Below are positions 16,745 to 31,247 of a stretch of DNA of 64,000 nucleotides, piece after piece. The notes beneath the pieces are model-generated. The model did not search any database, was not told where the DNA came from, and worked only from the letters and a program-made list of their open reading frames with translations. The translations under genes were made by a program, and so were the position numbers. The stretch is from Eledone cirrhosa. Lineage: Eukaryota. The stretch is taken from positions 33,356,001 to 33,420,000 of the forward strand of contig OZ024751.1 of NCBI GenBank assembly GCA_964016885.1. Direction: 5' to 3'. Position 1 is the stretch's first letter. The number at the start of each line of letters is the position of its first letter.

Positions 16745-16949
16745 GTAATAATAATAAATTTGAAGACTAAAATCCAAAGAGGGCTCGATAAGGATAAATA
16801 TATATCAGATATATAAGAACTGTAGACCAAATATTTATTAAAATAACAGATTAAAGTTTAAGCAAAGTATCGCTGCTTTCACCCTTAACGGGATCTTCTG
16901 AAAGCAGCGATTCTTTGCTTAAACTTTAATCTGTTATTTTAATAAATAT
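16745..16949 (-). mobile_element. Small foldback element: 51-bp arms (16831-16881, 16899-16949) plus tail, inserted in (TA)n
   Basis: One mismatch between the arms. The spacer on the minus strand reads GAAGA-T-CCC-GTTAA-GGG-T-GAAA, a truncated hammerhead-like core. Confidence 0.7.
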
Positions 16950-17025
16950 ATATATATATATATATATATGGGTGTGTGTGTGTATCTGCGGGTGTGTGGC
17001 CATCATTATTTAACTGAGATAACAA

Positions 17026-17215
17026 GGCGGTGGATTGGCAGTATCGGTAGAGGGTCGGATGCCATGCTTTGAAGCATAGAGTTACCTCCCTGTATGATCT
17101 GAGTTCAAATCCCGCCGAGGTTAACTTTGCCTTTCATCCTTCCGGGGTCGATAGAATAAAGTACCAGTAATGCACTGGGTAATTGCTGGCCTTGTGCCAA
17201 AAGTAGAAACAATTA
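17026..17215 (+). mobile_element. SINE family A with 18-bp TSD
   Basis: TSD ATTATTTAACTGAGATAA at 17005-17022 and 17212-17229. Confidence 0.92.
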
Positions 17216-17363
17216 TTTAACTGAGATAAAATGCTATCTCAAAAATCATATGTACATGTTGAAACGTAAGTGCAGTTTTCCAGTTTTGCAGTTTTCGATC
17301 ACAATTTTTATTAGATCTCAGCCTGTTCATTTATAATGTTCTTCATCCTTTATATGTAAGAAG

Positions 17364-17908
17364 GGGGTAGAACTGTGTAGAACTGTGGGGTACAACTGTG
17401 TAGAACTGTGGGGTAGAACTGTGTAGAACTGTGGGGTAGAACTGTGTAGAACTGTGGGGGTAGAACTGTGTAGAACTGTGGGGTAGAACTGTGTAGAACT
17501 GTGGGGTGGAGAACTGTGGGGTAGAACTGTGGGTGTGGAGAAGTGTGGGGGTGGAGAACTGTGGGTGTGGAGAACTGTGGGTGTAGAACTGTGGGGGTAG
17601 AACTGTGGGTGGAGAATTGTGGGGGTGGAGAGCTGTGGGTGGAGAACTGTGGGTGGAGAACTGTGGGTGGAGAATTGTGGGGGTGGAGAGCTGTGGGGGT
17701 AGAACTGTGGGGGTTGAGAACTGTGGGGTAGAACTGTGGGGGTAGAACTGTGTGTGTGGAGAACTGTGGGGTAGAACTGTGGGTGTGGAGAACTGTGGGT
17801 GTAGAACTGTGGGTGGAGAATTGTGGGGGTGGAGAGCTGTGGGGGTAGAACTGTGGGGGTTGAGAACTGTGGGGGTAGAACTGTAAGTGGAGAACTGTGG
17901 GGGTGGAG
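17364..17908. repeat. G-rich minisatellite
   Basis: Units GGGGTAGAACTGT / GGGTGGAGAACTGT with variable G-runs. Confidence 0.93.
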
Positions 17909-18016
17909 ACAACACTGATTTCTAGCAACCATCGCAGTTATTGATCCACTTAACATCTATTCACTCATAACCTGCTGTTTGTCACTCTTTGTTTCGGAAT
18001 ATTCTACGTGTAATGC

Positions 18017-18662
18017 ACAGACACACACACACACACATATATACAGATACACACACACATATAGACACATAGACACACCCACACACATATATATATACAG
18101 ATACACACACACATATAGACACATAGACACACACACACATATATAGACAGATACACACACACATATAGACACATAAACACACACATATAGACAGATCCAC
18201 ATCCACATATAGACACAAGACACACACACGCACTCACAGACTCACACACACAGACACACAGATAGACACTCACAAACACACTCACAGACACACACACACA
18301 CATACACATAGACACAGACACACACTCACAGACACACAGACACACACACATACAGACACAATCACAGGCACACAGACACGTATTCACAAACACACTCAAA
18401 CTCACAGACACACACACACACTCACAGACACACACACATACACACGCACACAGACAGACACACACAAACACACTCACACACACTCGGACACACACACGCA
18501 GACACACACACTCACACGCAGACACACACGCTCACAGACACACACAGACACACACACAGACATACACATACACACACACACAGAGACACACACATTCACA
18601 GACACACACAGACACACACAGAGACATACACAGACACACATTCACAGACAGACACACACACA

Positions 18663-18703
<41 letters not shown>

Positions 18704-20098
18704 ACAAACCTGTGCAATGTACGTTTGTATCCATATCCGCACATTTGAATTTATGATGATTGTGTGAGTTTGTGTTTGTCAATATATGTATGTGTCTGCA
18801 TGTGTGTGTGTGTATGTGTGTGTGTGTTTGCGTATGTCTGTGGGCGTATGTGTTTATTGGAATAGGTGTGCGTGTGTGTGTGTATATGTGTGCTACCTAC
18901 GTATGTGTGTTTATTGGTATCAGTGTGTGTATGTATGTATATGTATGTATGTATATGTACGTGTATGTATATGTACGTGTATCTATGTGTATGTATATGT
19001 ACGTGTGTGTATGTATGTATATGTATGTGTGTATGTATATGTACGTGTGTGTATATGTACGTGTGTGTATGTATATGTACGTGTGTGTATGTATATGTAC
19101 GTGTGTGTATGTATGTATATGTATGTGTCTGTATGTGTATGTATATGTACGTGTGTGTATATGTGTGTGTATGTATATGTACGTGTGTGTATATGTGTGT
19201 GTATGTATATGTACGTGTGTATGTATGTATATGTATGTGTATGTATATGTACGTGTGTGTATGTATATGTACGTGTGTGTATGTATGTATATGTATGTGT
19301 TTGTATGTGTATGTATATGTATGTGTGTATATGTACGTGTGTGTATGTATATGTACGTGTGCGTATGTATGTATGTGTATGTATATGTATGTATGTGTAT
19401 GTATGTGTATGTATATGTACGTGTGTGTATGTATATGTACGTGTGTGTATGTATGTATATGTATGTGTATGTATATGTACGTGTGTGTATATGTGTGTGT
19501 ATGTATATGTACGTGTGTATGTATGTATATGTATGTGTATGTATATGTACGTGTGTGTATGTATATGTACGTGTGTATGTATGTATATGTATGTGTATGT
19601 ATATGTACGTGTGTGTATGTATATGTACGTGTGTGTATGTATGTATATGTATGTGTTTGTATGTGTATGTATATGTATGTGTGTATATGTACGTGTGTGT
19701 ATGTATATGTACGTGTGCGTATGTATGTATGTATGTGTATGTATGTATGTATGTGTATGTATATGTATGTATGTGTATGTATGTGTATGTATATGTACGT
19801 GTGTGTATGTATGTATATGTATGTCTGTATGTGTATGTATATGTACGTGTGTGTATATGTACGTGTGTGTATGTATATGTACGTGTGTGTATGTATGTAT
19901 GTGTATGTATGTATATGTACGTGTGTGTATGTACGTGTGTATGTGTATGTATGTGTATGTATATGTGCATGTGTGTATGTATATGTATAGATGTACGTGT
20001 GTGTATGTATGTGTATGTATGTATGTATGTATGTGCATGTATATGTACGTGTGTGTATGTATGTGTATGTATTTGTGCGTGTGTGTATGTATGTATAT
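18017..20098. repeat. Compound array: CA-rich block (to about 18700), then TG/TATG/TACG-rich block
   Basis: Direct inspection. Confidence 0.95.
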
Positions 20099-20993
20099 GT
20101 GCTGCCAGCCTGTGTGTGTATATTAGTATCCGTTCTTCAATAATTCCACTTTATATCTGTAACTTATTCCTGTCCAAGCAATTCTCAATTACAGAGGATA
20201 TATACCAACTAATTAATTACCAATTAAACTTAGAATTATTGATACTTAAATAATAGTAGAGCAATGCAGCTACACGTTATATCATTTAACATTCGCTACT
20301 GTAGCAGGGATTATTTTTATTTTCATTTTTTACATCTTTTAACAATGAGCTTCACCATTAATAATTAGAGTCCATTGATTCCTACCTGCTTCTGTCTAGA
20401 ATAAATTCTGATTGACAATTTTATCTTCCGAAACCAACTAAAAATTCAAATGAATGTTATACCATTAATGGGAAAATATTTTCAATCAATGATGCTTACA
20501 CACTTCTCAGTGAAACCTGATGTCAATAGTGAGCAGTTTCTACCGTCGTCCTTTTCCTATTTATCGATATGTATTTTTGGACTTTACACTAGATTTGTTT
20601 TTCAATAGAAGATTGAAAAGGAGACCTAGACTATTATAAAAATACAATTCCCAGTCGTGTACAATGGCAGCATTGTAAAACTGAGTGTTGGTCGTTACCG
20701 TACAATATTGAGTTTGATTCCTTCCCACGGTAGTAATTTATAAACGTTGAGATGATTTGGTAGGCAATCAGGCCCGTTGCCCAAGAAACATTATATAAAG
20801 ATAGGGCCTGCAATAACGTCCCTGTCAACAAGAGACACACGATAGTGTAAGTATTTATCCAAGACTGACAGAGATAAAATTATCAACTAGGATAACTGAA
20901 AATACCGCCATTCCCTTTTTACAAATGATCTTTAAACAATAACAAAAAACAACATATTTCCTCATCCTGTGTATTATTATTATACCTCTCTCT

Positions 20994-21182
20994 GGGCGGT
21001 GGATTGGCAGTATCGGTAGAGGGTCGGACGCCATGCTTTACAGCATAGTTACGTCCCTTTACAATCTGAGTTCAAATCCCGCCGAGGTTGACTTTGCCTT
21101 TCATCCTTACGGGGTCGATAAAATAAAGTACCAGTAATGCACTGGGTAATTGCTGGCCTTGTGCCTAAAGTAGAAACAATTA
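20994..21182 (+). mobile_element. SINE family A with 18-bp TSD
   Basis: TSD ATTATTATACCTCTCTCT at 20976-20993 and 21179-21196. Confidence 0.92.
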
Positions 21183-21360
21183 TTATACCTCTCTCTTTCT
21201 CTCTCTCTCTTTCTTTCTCTCTCTCCCTCTCTCTTTCTCTCGCTCTCCCTCTCTCTCATATATAAGTTCATATATATATATACACACACACATATACATA
21301 TATACTTATAATTATACATATTAATGCGCGTACTCATACACGCACAACCACAAAAAGACC

Positions 21361-21403
<43 letters not shown>

Positions 21404-21416
21404 GTGTGTGTGTGTG

Positions 21417-21449
<33 letters not shown>

Positions 21450-21530
21450 ATATATATATGTGTGTGTGTATGTGTGTGTATATATATGTGTGTGTGTGTG
21501 TGTATATATATGTGTGTGTGTATGTGTGTG

Positions 21531-21601
<71 letters not shown>

Positions 21602-22314
21602 GTGTATATATATATATATATACGTGTGTGTAGGGTGGGGGGTTGGTTCATTCTGCTTTTCCAAATATCTATTTGATGAGTTTCATAACTGTCCCAAAAA
21701 TCTTTGACTTCCCGCCAAACATGGCATCACAGCCACCCACTTCCGGCCCATCTCCTACTAAACTATGCCATATATATATAATTAAATTACATCAAATTCT
21801 CATTCTGAAAATAACTCTCGCATTTTACAGAATATAGCGACGACATATTAGCATGGAAGGCAAAGAAGAGATTTCACTGTTTCACTTGTGTGTGTTGAGA
21901 GAATAGAAAAATATGAATACATTTCTGATAATGTGTGGCGGGGTGGGGTTTGGGTGCGTTTTCATGGATCTACGTATGTTTATCCGTGGTGGTGGTGGTG
22001 GTGGTGGGGTGGGGGCTTGGAGGTGTGGTACATCTGATATGTATCTATATATGATGATGGAGGATTTGGTTGGTCTTAACAGAGAGAGAGAGGGGGGAGA
22101 GCAGTGAGGAAGGAAGGGGAAAGAGAAACAAACACAAACGTAAAGAAAACAGGGAAGAATATTTGAATCTAAAGCAATATTTGAATCTAACATTTCTTGT
22201 ACAACTTGAAAACCTCTAGACATTGACGAAAAAATACAACTTTTATACTGTTAAAATCAATTCGGCTGACATTTCTGAAAATCACTTCCACCAGCATCTA
22301 AAATACTAAATGGA

Positions 22315-22347
<33 letters not shown>

Positions 22348-22870
22348 GTCGAGCATTTTTGTGTGTGAATTCTAAATCTAAATTTATTTATTTTTTAAAT
22401 TTTCATTTTAATTTATATTTTTTTTATTTTTAAGTGCCTAGAAAATGAGAAATGTATTTTCTCTTTTATTTTCGATTGTTAAATCTCTATTTTATATTAT
22501 TTTGTTTTATATTTTATTTCAGTTTATATTTTTTTTAGTTTTGTTGTTGTTATTGTGATTATTATTGTTGTTCTTGTGATTATTATTGTTGTTGTTGTTA
22601 TTTGTTGTTGATGCTATTGCTGTTGTTATTGTTGTTGTTGTATTTCAACAAGGAATGTTCGTGACATATTGAGTGCTTTGGATCAGAACTTGATTCCCGT
22701 GTAGCAGAGCAAGTGAATCGAAACAAATCATATTTCCTCCTATAATCCCTGACTCCTGCTTTTTTATTTTATTTAGTTTAGTTTTGTTGATATTTTTTTC
22801 AAATAATATTATACTCACTATGTTTTATACACATATATACATATATATATGTGTGTGTGTATATATACAC

Positions 22871-22902
<32 letters not shown>

Positions 22903-22949
22903 ATACACATATATGTGTGTGTGCGTATGTATATATATTATATATATGA

Positions 22950-22995
<46 letters not shown>

Positions 22996-23470
22996 TTTTA
23001 TTTTATTTTCTGCATTAATGTTTTATCCTATCCAGTTGATGATCTTCCAAGGCTCACGAAATAAAATGCTCAACTCAGAAATATTGACAGCTTCAAAATA
23101 TCCCTTCGAGCAAATTATTTCTGGGTTTTTTTCTAAATATATTTTTTTTTACATAATGTTCCTTGATTCCATCCACGTACATTATTGCAATAGAATCCTT
23201 GGTTGGATTAAGAATGAGATTTTAGCCTTGAGATTGAGCTTCCTGTTTTTGAATTTTAACTTGTTGGCTCAAATTTAAATATGTGGAGATTGCTGAGAAT
23301 ATGTAAACCATTCAATGACTGTTGGTGGGGTATTTGCTGCCGACATTTCGTGATTGTTATCATTTACTGTACAGCACTAAATCAGACCTGATCCTGTAAG
23401 AGCTCAGCGATCAACAACGTTCCAAGTGTGACCACCTTATCTTGGAACATTTAATTACAAGTATGTCATC

Positions 23471-23636
23471 TGATAGGCTTCCACATTGTTGTCGTCTACA
23501 CAATTTCCCCTCAGAACATTTTGGTCAACCCGAGTAGATGTTAAAAATACTTGTCCAATATGCCCTGCATTGGAATCGAACCTGGGTACTAATGACTGTA
23601 AAGCAACTTCTTTAACCATTCGGCCATGCTGTGTCC
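23471..23636 (-). mobile_element. tRNA-derived SINE family B
   Basis: Minus strand: CATGGCCGAATGGTTAA (A box) ... GGTTCGATTCC (B box) ... TTGGACAAGT ... GAAGCC. Relatives at 37003-37106(+), 37297-37436(+), 43500-43586(-) and 43775-43937(-). Confidence 0.7.
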
Positions 23637-24562
23637 ACAATCACTAAATATATGACCCTTGGTATTAGTGAAATAACTAACTAACATAGTTGCTCTTATT
23701 TAGGTTTCTATATCGGGGAGAAATGTGAAATATCTCTGCTTCAAGGTAGACTTTAAATATCTCTACTTCCCCAGTAGTTTATTGAGATCAGAAAGATAAA
23801 ATGGGATTTGAACCCAGAAAGCAGTGAACTGGAATATATACTGCTAGATGTTCTGTTAGACGCACTAAAAACTCTGCCAATGCACCGTCTTTTATATATC
23901 TTGTGATGAATAAATTACAAAAGTATTTTATTTGTTGGTTCTTCATTGAATAGAGAAGTTGTATTTTATAAAAGAAAATTATGTCACCAGCTCATAATAC
24001 ATGTCAAGTATGTTATATATACTTCACTTGTTTACACAATTGTATATTTATTACGTAGTTTCACAGTGGAAAATATTTACAACTCAAAGATGCTTAGTAA
24101 CAAGTATTTTATGTGTTTTCCGATGAATAAATTAAGTATTGATTTTATTTCATTGATAAGCTCAAGATGTTCATTCAATAAAACAGTGGTGAATTACAAA
24201 CAGGATTTTTTACATTATTAATATTGACAAAGAAATAAAAAGATTAATATTTATTATCTTCAAAGTTTTGGTGTCATGTAGCCCCAGTTCCTCCCTGATT
24301 CAGCAATCTATGATGAATGGTATTCAGGCCATAATAATCCTGTAGTTTCAGGAATAATATGTCTAAAGATTATAATCTTTAGAATTAGATATAAATGTCA
24401 TTCTTTGATAGCTATTCATTTATAATATTGATATTCCCCAAACCCCGATGGTTGCCAAGCAGCTAAAATGCCATCAAATCATCAGTGGATTTATTGTAGA
24501 CTTTTATACAGACTTGGTCTACTAACATATACACAGATAACTCGGATAGCTGCAGTTCATCA

Positions 24563-24780
24563 CTGTAAATATAGCAAACATTGCATGATCAACCATAGAT
24601 GCACTATATTGCTGTAAATATAGCAAACATTGCATGGTTAACCATAGATGCACCATACTGCTGTAATATAACAAACACTGTATTATCAACCATAGATGCA
24701 TCACACCACTGTAAAAATAGCAACATCTACATGATTAACTATAGATGTATCTCATCGCTATAGACAGCAAAACTTACATG
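24563..24780. repeat. Degenerate 49-bp tandem repeat, about 4 copies
   Basis: CTGTAAATATAGCAAACATTGCATG...AACCATAGATGCA recurs at 24563, 24612, 24661 and about 24709. Confidence 0.8.
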
Positions 24781-27700
24781 ATCATCGAGTATTTTTTTAG
24801 TTTGAAGTAAAATTCCAGACCGTCTCATTATGGTCTGACTTCATCTCAAAACACTAATTACTACATATGTTGGTTGTTATTCAAGTAAGCTGACACTCTG
24901 ACTCATCATCGACATAGTTTTTACTCATTTAAAGCGATTGTAATATCAGATTTAATGATTTCTTCAGTATCAGAAACACACATGAATTCTGGTGAAAAAA
25001 ATATGTTGATCAAAATAAATATTTAATTTATGATATTGATTAGAATGAAATCTGCTTTCCCAAGAAGATGAAAGGAGCGGCAGTCGAACAATTATCGATA
25101 AATGGTAAACTTTATAACTAATTTAAGTTAATTTAAATTCTCTATGATATTAACCCTTATGTTTCGTATTTAACGACAGATTACTATCATGTCGATCTTC
25201 CATAGATACTTGCTGGCCTAACTTTATATGTTTGTTCGCTTATCTGCAACAACGTGGTTTCGGGTGTGATCCCACTGTGTCTCTTCTTGTTCTCGATTAC
25301 AGTAAAAATGTGTTAAACTGAACGGGGAACTAAAATCAATTGAACACCATTACTTCAAGAGGATCTGTTTCCATGCAGCAGAGAAGCTATTGGGAGAGGT
25401 TGGATATACTACCATTTTTTTTTCATGGAATGTAGACGGGAAAGCTAATAAAGAAGGGAAAATATGTAATAATATATAGATAGGTAGATAGATATAGTTC
25501 ATACATATATAATGTGTTAAAGTGTTAATAAACCAGCAAAATGAACGAATTATCTTTTCCAGCTCGCCAACGTAAACTAATTCCATCAAGCAATAGTATG
25601 TTAGCACATGATTGAACTTTCAGTCAACTACCTCCTACATGATGTGTGACTCACATTTTGTTATCCAACCATTGGATCGTTATAAGACTACTTATTAAAG
25701 AGTAAATATTTTTAAAAAAAAACGATTTTTCCTTCGTGTGGGAGTGGAGGTTAACTCATGCCTAGTCTCACCTTACGTTTGTTTCTGAAGTAAAGATATT
25801 TTCCAGTGAACGAGTTTTCTTCTCTTTGTACCGACTACAGCTGAGATATCGAGTGAATTTATTACTTGATTCTATTTACTTATTTACTTGATTCTACCTC
25901 TTTAGTGTGGCAAAGGTTACAATTATTTACTTGATTCTACCTCTTTAGTGTGGTAAAGGTTACAAAAGTAAACAGCCGCCAAGAATATAAATATTTTCGA
26001 AGGATGTAGACATCAGTCTGAAAAAAAAATAAACGAAAAAGATGGGTTTCAAATTTACTTGTAATATTTGCTTTGCACCGTGATTATGGCATTAACTGGT
26101 CTTTCTGACTGACCTTAAAACAGTCAACGTTTGGTTAGACTGTATGAAACTGGTAAACCATTCCACTACTCAACATCTATTTCCAACATAAATTAACCCA
26201 TTTTCCATCATCTCGTGACTATAAAATATACAAAGTAAAATTAATGGAGCATAAATTTAAATTATTATTTCGATAAATCATCTCAAATATTTTGAAGTAC
26301 CAGTCCAGTCCTGGTGTCGATTCTTCCACTATATCTCTTTAACACTACCTCTTTATTACTGTCTCTTCTTCTCTGTGATCAGTCCTGGGAGGGTTGGGCT
26401 CCGTCAGGTTTTAAAAGAATGCCCATGAAACGCCGTATGTTATTACGGCGCCCTTGCGATTCCCCAGGGAGTTACGGAGCATTATATACAAACACACTAG
26501 TGTTGATTCCATACAATATAGATTTTCTTCATAAATCAATATTTAAGAATATATAAAATGAAAATTTCGCAAAAAACTAAGCTTGAAAATATTCCAAAAT
26601 TGACACATCAATAATGTATCTTTAGAGTTATTTTTCTCATTCGATCAATATGTTGTCTTATAATTATGTTGTATATTTTTTAATTTATGGAATGTATATG
26701 AAAGAAACTTCCTAAATCAGGATTTTCATTCGGTTTTGTGAGGAGGTGGGACGGTGAAAAGATATTGAAAAAATATATAAAATCCATGTTAACTAATTTA
26801 TTTAAATAGATTCTGGAACTTAAATAGAAACAAACCAGAGTAAATTAAACGTTGTTGATTCATTTTAATTTTGCATATATCATAGATAATTACTTTGTTT
26901 CTAACTGAAATCAAGTGCAACCACCGAAATAGAAACTAACGCTCACCATTAATTATGCAGGAGTAGTGGGGTATCAGACTAGTGAGTACGATTAATGGAA
27001 ATTAGTGGTGTTACTCTTACGTATTCAGTACACATTCTGTTGTAGACGAATTATGCATTTCATCCTTTCAGGATCGATATAAGTATCAGTAATATAATGA
27101 GGGAATAACTACCATTACACTCTATAAATGAATATAGTCTTGTAGAAATAAGAAAAACATTTATTTATGAATTTAATTTCTATTAATTCTACTCTATAAT
27201 TTAGGAGAAATCATTGAGGTAAACACCTGGGTATCTTAGAGGGAATGTTAAGTGTTATACAGAATTATTTAAACCCTGTAGTGTTGGGTGCTGTCAATTC
27301 TTGTTGTTTGGGAGTTCTCGCTAGGGAGGGCGTCCGTCATGTGGCTGGTATTGTCACAGTTAGAAAGTGTACATAAAGTGGGGTGCTCTAATCTACTCTC
27401 TACCTCTGGTCGTGTGATGACCAGAAACGAAGGACAGGTTTTGAGCTGAGCCGAAAGGGTTTGCATATATTGCTTCAGGTATTTAGACAGGCGTTAAGTT
27501 CTAAATGTTTCAGGAATTAAATCTATGACCTTATTTTCGTAAAAACTTTCAAGAAATTTAGAAAAAAAAAAGTTATAGTAGAACAAAATGTGTTTGTCGA
27601 AGATATGGATAGAAAATGACAGTTAATACACATACCTTATTGACAAAAGAATTAATTTCGTTTTTACCGAAAAAACAATGTGTCAGTAATGAAGTCAAAC

Positions 27701-29247
27701 ACCTAGTTTTCAGCAATCCCTAATGTTAACGAAGATTTATAAAAAATATATATACAAAATAAAATAACATAATGCCATCGATAGCTTAATAGATTTTATT
27801 GCTAAACAATGTGTCAGAAAGGAATCCCAAAACCAAGTCTTCGTCAGCTATACACGACTAATTCCTATCTAGAACAACAATAACAACAATCAGATCTCTG
27901 CTGGAGACATGGTTAGGAGAAACTTCTTTTTTTTACAATAAAGTTTCAAATGAAAAGTTTAAAATAAATTTTATTTTATTTTTTAAAAAGAGAAAAAAAA
28001 AGAATGAAGGAGAGAGAAACTATGAAATGATTGTTCTATTTTAATACTTTAAACTATTCGAGTAACTGAACTAATCTTTGGTTGAAAACAAAGAAATAGT
28101 ATTTCCTGCAATGAACAACCATTGCTCATGACGACTTCCTCTAGTGAAACATATGAGGAAAAAAAGACAAGAGCCAGCGGTTTTTGTAAGTGAAATGAAG
28201 CGTAGGTATACATGCTGATGAAGTAGGAAGAGGAAGGGGTATAGAATGTATAAGGAGGGAGATAAAGAGAAGTGGTGGAAAGAGGTCGTATGATATGAAC
28301 TGTATCTTCATTGGGGTTGAGGACCTATTGTAAGAGGACACAATATCACACACTATTATTCTCTATTCACAGTTTGTTTGCCTTTGTTTCCTCTATTCAA
28401 AAGAAATAATAAACGATAATTAAACAAAAAAATAAAACACACAAAACGATGGAAACAAAAAAAATCCAAAAATATATTTTTTAAATGAATGTATGACTTT
28501 CATTGAACATTTCAGTTGGTTTTTTAGTGTTTTTATGGAATATAAAGTGTTTAACCTTATTGTTTTCTTTCATTTTTCACTTTTTTTTCTTCATTTTTGC
28601 TGTTTTGGGGGGGGGATTTTTTTCCGCTTTTATTTTACTTTTGACCTTATTGTTTTTTTTGTTTTGTTTTATTTTGTTTTTTTTTTACTTTTTCTCCTTT
28701 TTTCTGCTTTTTGGCCCGGGTGCTGTTTACAGAAAATTGTTCCACGCTTCACTAATCGTTCAGCTACGGAGTTGTATTCCAATAATATTAAACATTTCGA
28801 TTCAGATCAATTTACATTTGGTAGAATTTTTATATTACAACATAACGGAATTTTTTTTTTTTTTTGCCTTGCTGTTGTTGGTAGTGGTGGTGGTGCTGCT
28901 GCTGCTGTTCTTTGCTCTTATTTTCGTTTTGTCTTCTGTTATTTAAAAGTAAATACTTTCTAGGCTAGACATTTTTAATGACGTTCTTGTGGCGGTGCCC
29001 AACATGGCCTTAGCTCCTCAGCTGGAACGCAAATAAATAAATAAATAAACATATACATACATATATATATATATATATAGTAAAGGTAAAACTATATATG
29101 CAAAGCTCAAATGTATGTAGAGAACTGTATATGAGAGTATATCATTGTCAAGTAGTTTTAGAATTGAAACATGTTTAAGGAATTAAAAATGATTTAAAAA
29201 CTAACTTTTCCATCTATATACTTGATTATATATCATTACCACAGCAG

Positions 29248-29368
29248 AGGTCTGACTAGCTTTTGATTCCAGAGTCGGGCTAGATCGATACAGATCGAAC
29301 CTTGCGCTGATCAATAGCAAAACGCGCGTCACTATTCAATAAATGTAATGAAGACATAAGAAATCGTC
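29248..29368 (+). mobile_element. Second copy of the same pLTR-like family with a degenerate hammerhead
   Basis: AGGT-CTGACTA-GCTTTTGATT...GATCAATAGC-AAAA-CGCGCG-TC-ACTA...AATAAATGTAATGAAG. Shares AGATCGATACAGATCGAACCTTG with the 16.6 kb copy. Confidence 0.65.
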
Positions 29369-29553
29369 CTTTTTATTATTATTATAATCGGGTGTGAGGT
29401 GGAGTAAAACCCGGGGGGAAGGGGTAAATCTGACAAATTAATAAGTGGGGACTGAGGATGATTATTCAAGACTTGAGAGTTCGTGAATTATTGACGGACG
29501 TTTCAATGTCAGTCAACCAAATTTTGTACAATAATTCACATAATGAGGTTTAA

Positions 29554-29756
29554 TTTGGACACAAGTTCCAAAATTGGGAGGAGGGGAAAGCTGATAATGT
29601 CGACCCATTATATGACTGGTGCTTTATATTTATCGGTCCTGAAAGGATGAAAATCACAGTTCACCTCAGTGGAACTTTAACCCAGAACGTAGAGGATCAG
29701 AATGGAATACTGCAATGTATTTGATCCGACATACTAACGGTTCTACTAATCCACAA
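29554..29756 (-). mobile_element. Older subfamily relative of SINE A (similar remnants near 23800, 27050, 32930)
   Basis: GACTGGTGCTTTATATTTATCG..GAAAGGATGAAA matches the reverse complement of the core. Confidence 0.65.
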
Positions 29757-30261
29757 TCGCACCAGGTGACGTTATGATTATTTTAATTCATAAGTAAAAC
29801 CAAGACATTGCACACACAACACAATACAACACAACACAACACATATATACATGTATGTATATACATACATATATACAGAGAGAGAGAGAGAGAGAGAGGT
29901 GAAGCGGGGGAAAGACAAAGGTAGGTGTAAAATAGAAATGTTAAAACTATATATTTGGTAAATAAAAACAAGAGCAAGCAGACAATATTTGAAAAAGTAA
30001 ATAATAATGATATTTCTGATATCACTGAACCGTGTAGTGACCGAAAATGATTGCCGATTCCCATCAATCTTCTTCATTTGGAAAGTATTCTACTGATTAA
30101 TATATTTAATATTTGCCTAATTTATTCCATCAATTCCTCCTCAATCATCACAACCTTACATCTTTACATTTGTTTTTCTTCTTCTTCGTTGTTGTTGTTG
30201 TTTTCTTTATGTACAAACATTAGTAGTATTATCTTTTATTAACGAACTCTAAGTTATTCTA

Positions 30262-30296
<35 letters not shown>

Positions 30297-30406
30297 CAAC
30301 AAAACTTAATATAGAAATATAGAAGCCATTCTATATTAAATACTTATGTATTAAGTACCTCATTAACTCTGGTTGCCCTCGATTTCATTCGGATTCTGAC
30401 ACACAC

Positions 30407-30458
<52 letters not shown>

Positions 30459-30459
<1 letters not shown>

Positions 30460-31247
30460 GATCCCTATCCCTACTGGACTTCCAACTCAGGGTAACAGAG
30501 GAAGGCAACATCCACACCTGCTTCTATAAAAAAGTCGCCAGCAGGGACCTGTTCGTACATTTCAGATCGGCCCTCCCAGCCGCCGCTAAGTTCGGATACA
30601 TAAGGAACGAACTAAGACGTATCCGGAACAAATGTACCGACGCTAGAGATCGAGACATACACACCACACATTTCCTGGAAGTACTCAAACTGAACGGATA
30701 CACATCCACCACAAACCGTGCCAGAAAGAACAGAAGACACCACACCCGAGGCACTAACACTTGCTTCCTGAAGCTCCCACACTTCAGTGACGAAACAACA
30801 ACAGCCATCCGCAGAGCTATCAAACGAGAGGGACTAGATATCCAACTGGCCCACTCAGGTCCTTCTCTACGCGGACAGCTAACCAAAAGACACTCCACCA
30901 GACATGACAACTGCTGCAGGCTAGCCAACTGCCCCATCAACTACACAGACCTATGCCACCAGGCTTACGTCGTATACAGACTAGAGTGTGACAAATGCAG
31001 CAACTTCTACGTAGGTAGCACCACCAGACCACTCCACATAAGAATAAAAGAACACCTCAATACTAACGCTTCCTCATTTAAGAAACACCTAGTTAAATGC
31101 AAAAACACCGACAAAACCATAACAGTTAGGATAGAAACTAAAGAAAGAAACCTCGGCAATCTTAGAATTAAGGAAGCACTAATTATAGACAAAACACAAC
31201 CACCAATCAATAATAGACTAGAAATCAACACCCAATTTATAACTTGA
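30459..31247 (+). mobile_element. Penelope-like retroelement ORF, 5'-truncated: RT C-terminus/thumb, Cys-rich linker and GIY-YIG endonuclease (262 codons plus TGA)
   Basis: Manual translation is stop-free: GSLSLLDFQLRV...LKLNGY...CCRLANCPINYTDLC...VVYRLECDKCSNFYVGSTTRPLHIRIKEH...IKEALIIDKTQPPINNR. It shows LD (RT motif 7-like), the NGY thumb motif, VVY-x9-FYVG (GIY-YIG), the R..EH motif, and the distal E and P.IN motifs. It begins abruptly after (TA)n with no start codon, which is why the ORF track missed it. Confidence 0.93.

Noticed and set aside
17026-17115. tRNA genes suggested by A/B boxes
   Set aside because: They are SINE heads followed by a shared body and TSDs; no convincing cloverleaf.
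30524-31231. Minus-strand ORFs of 138 aa and 74 aa
   Set aside because: Antisense shadows of the plus-strand Penelope-like ORF.
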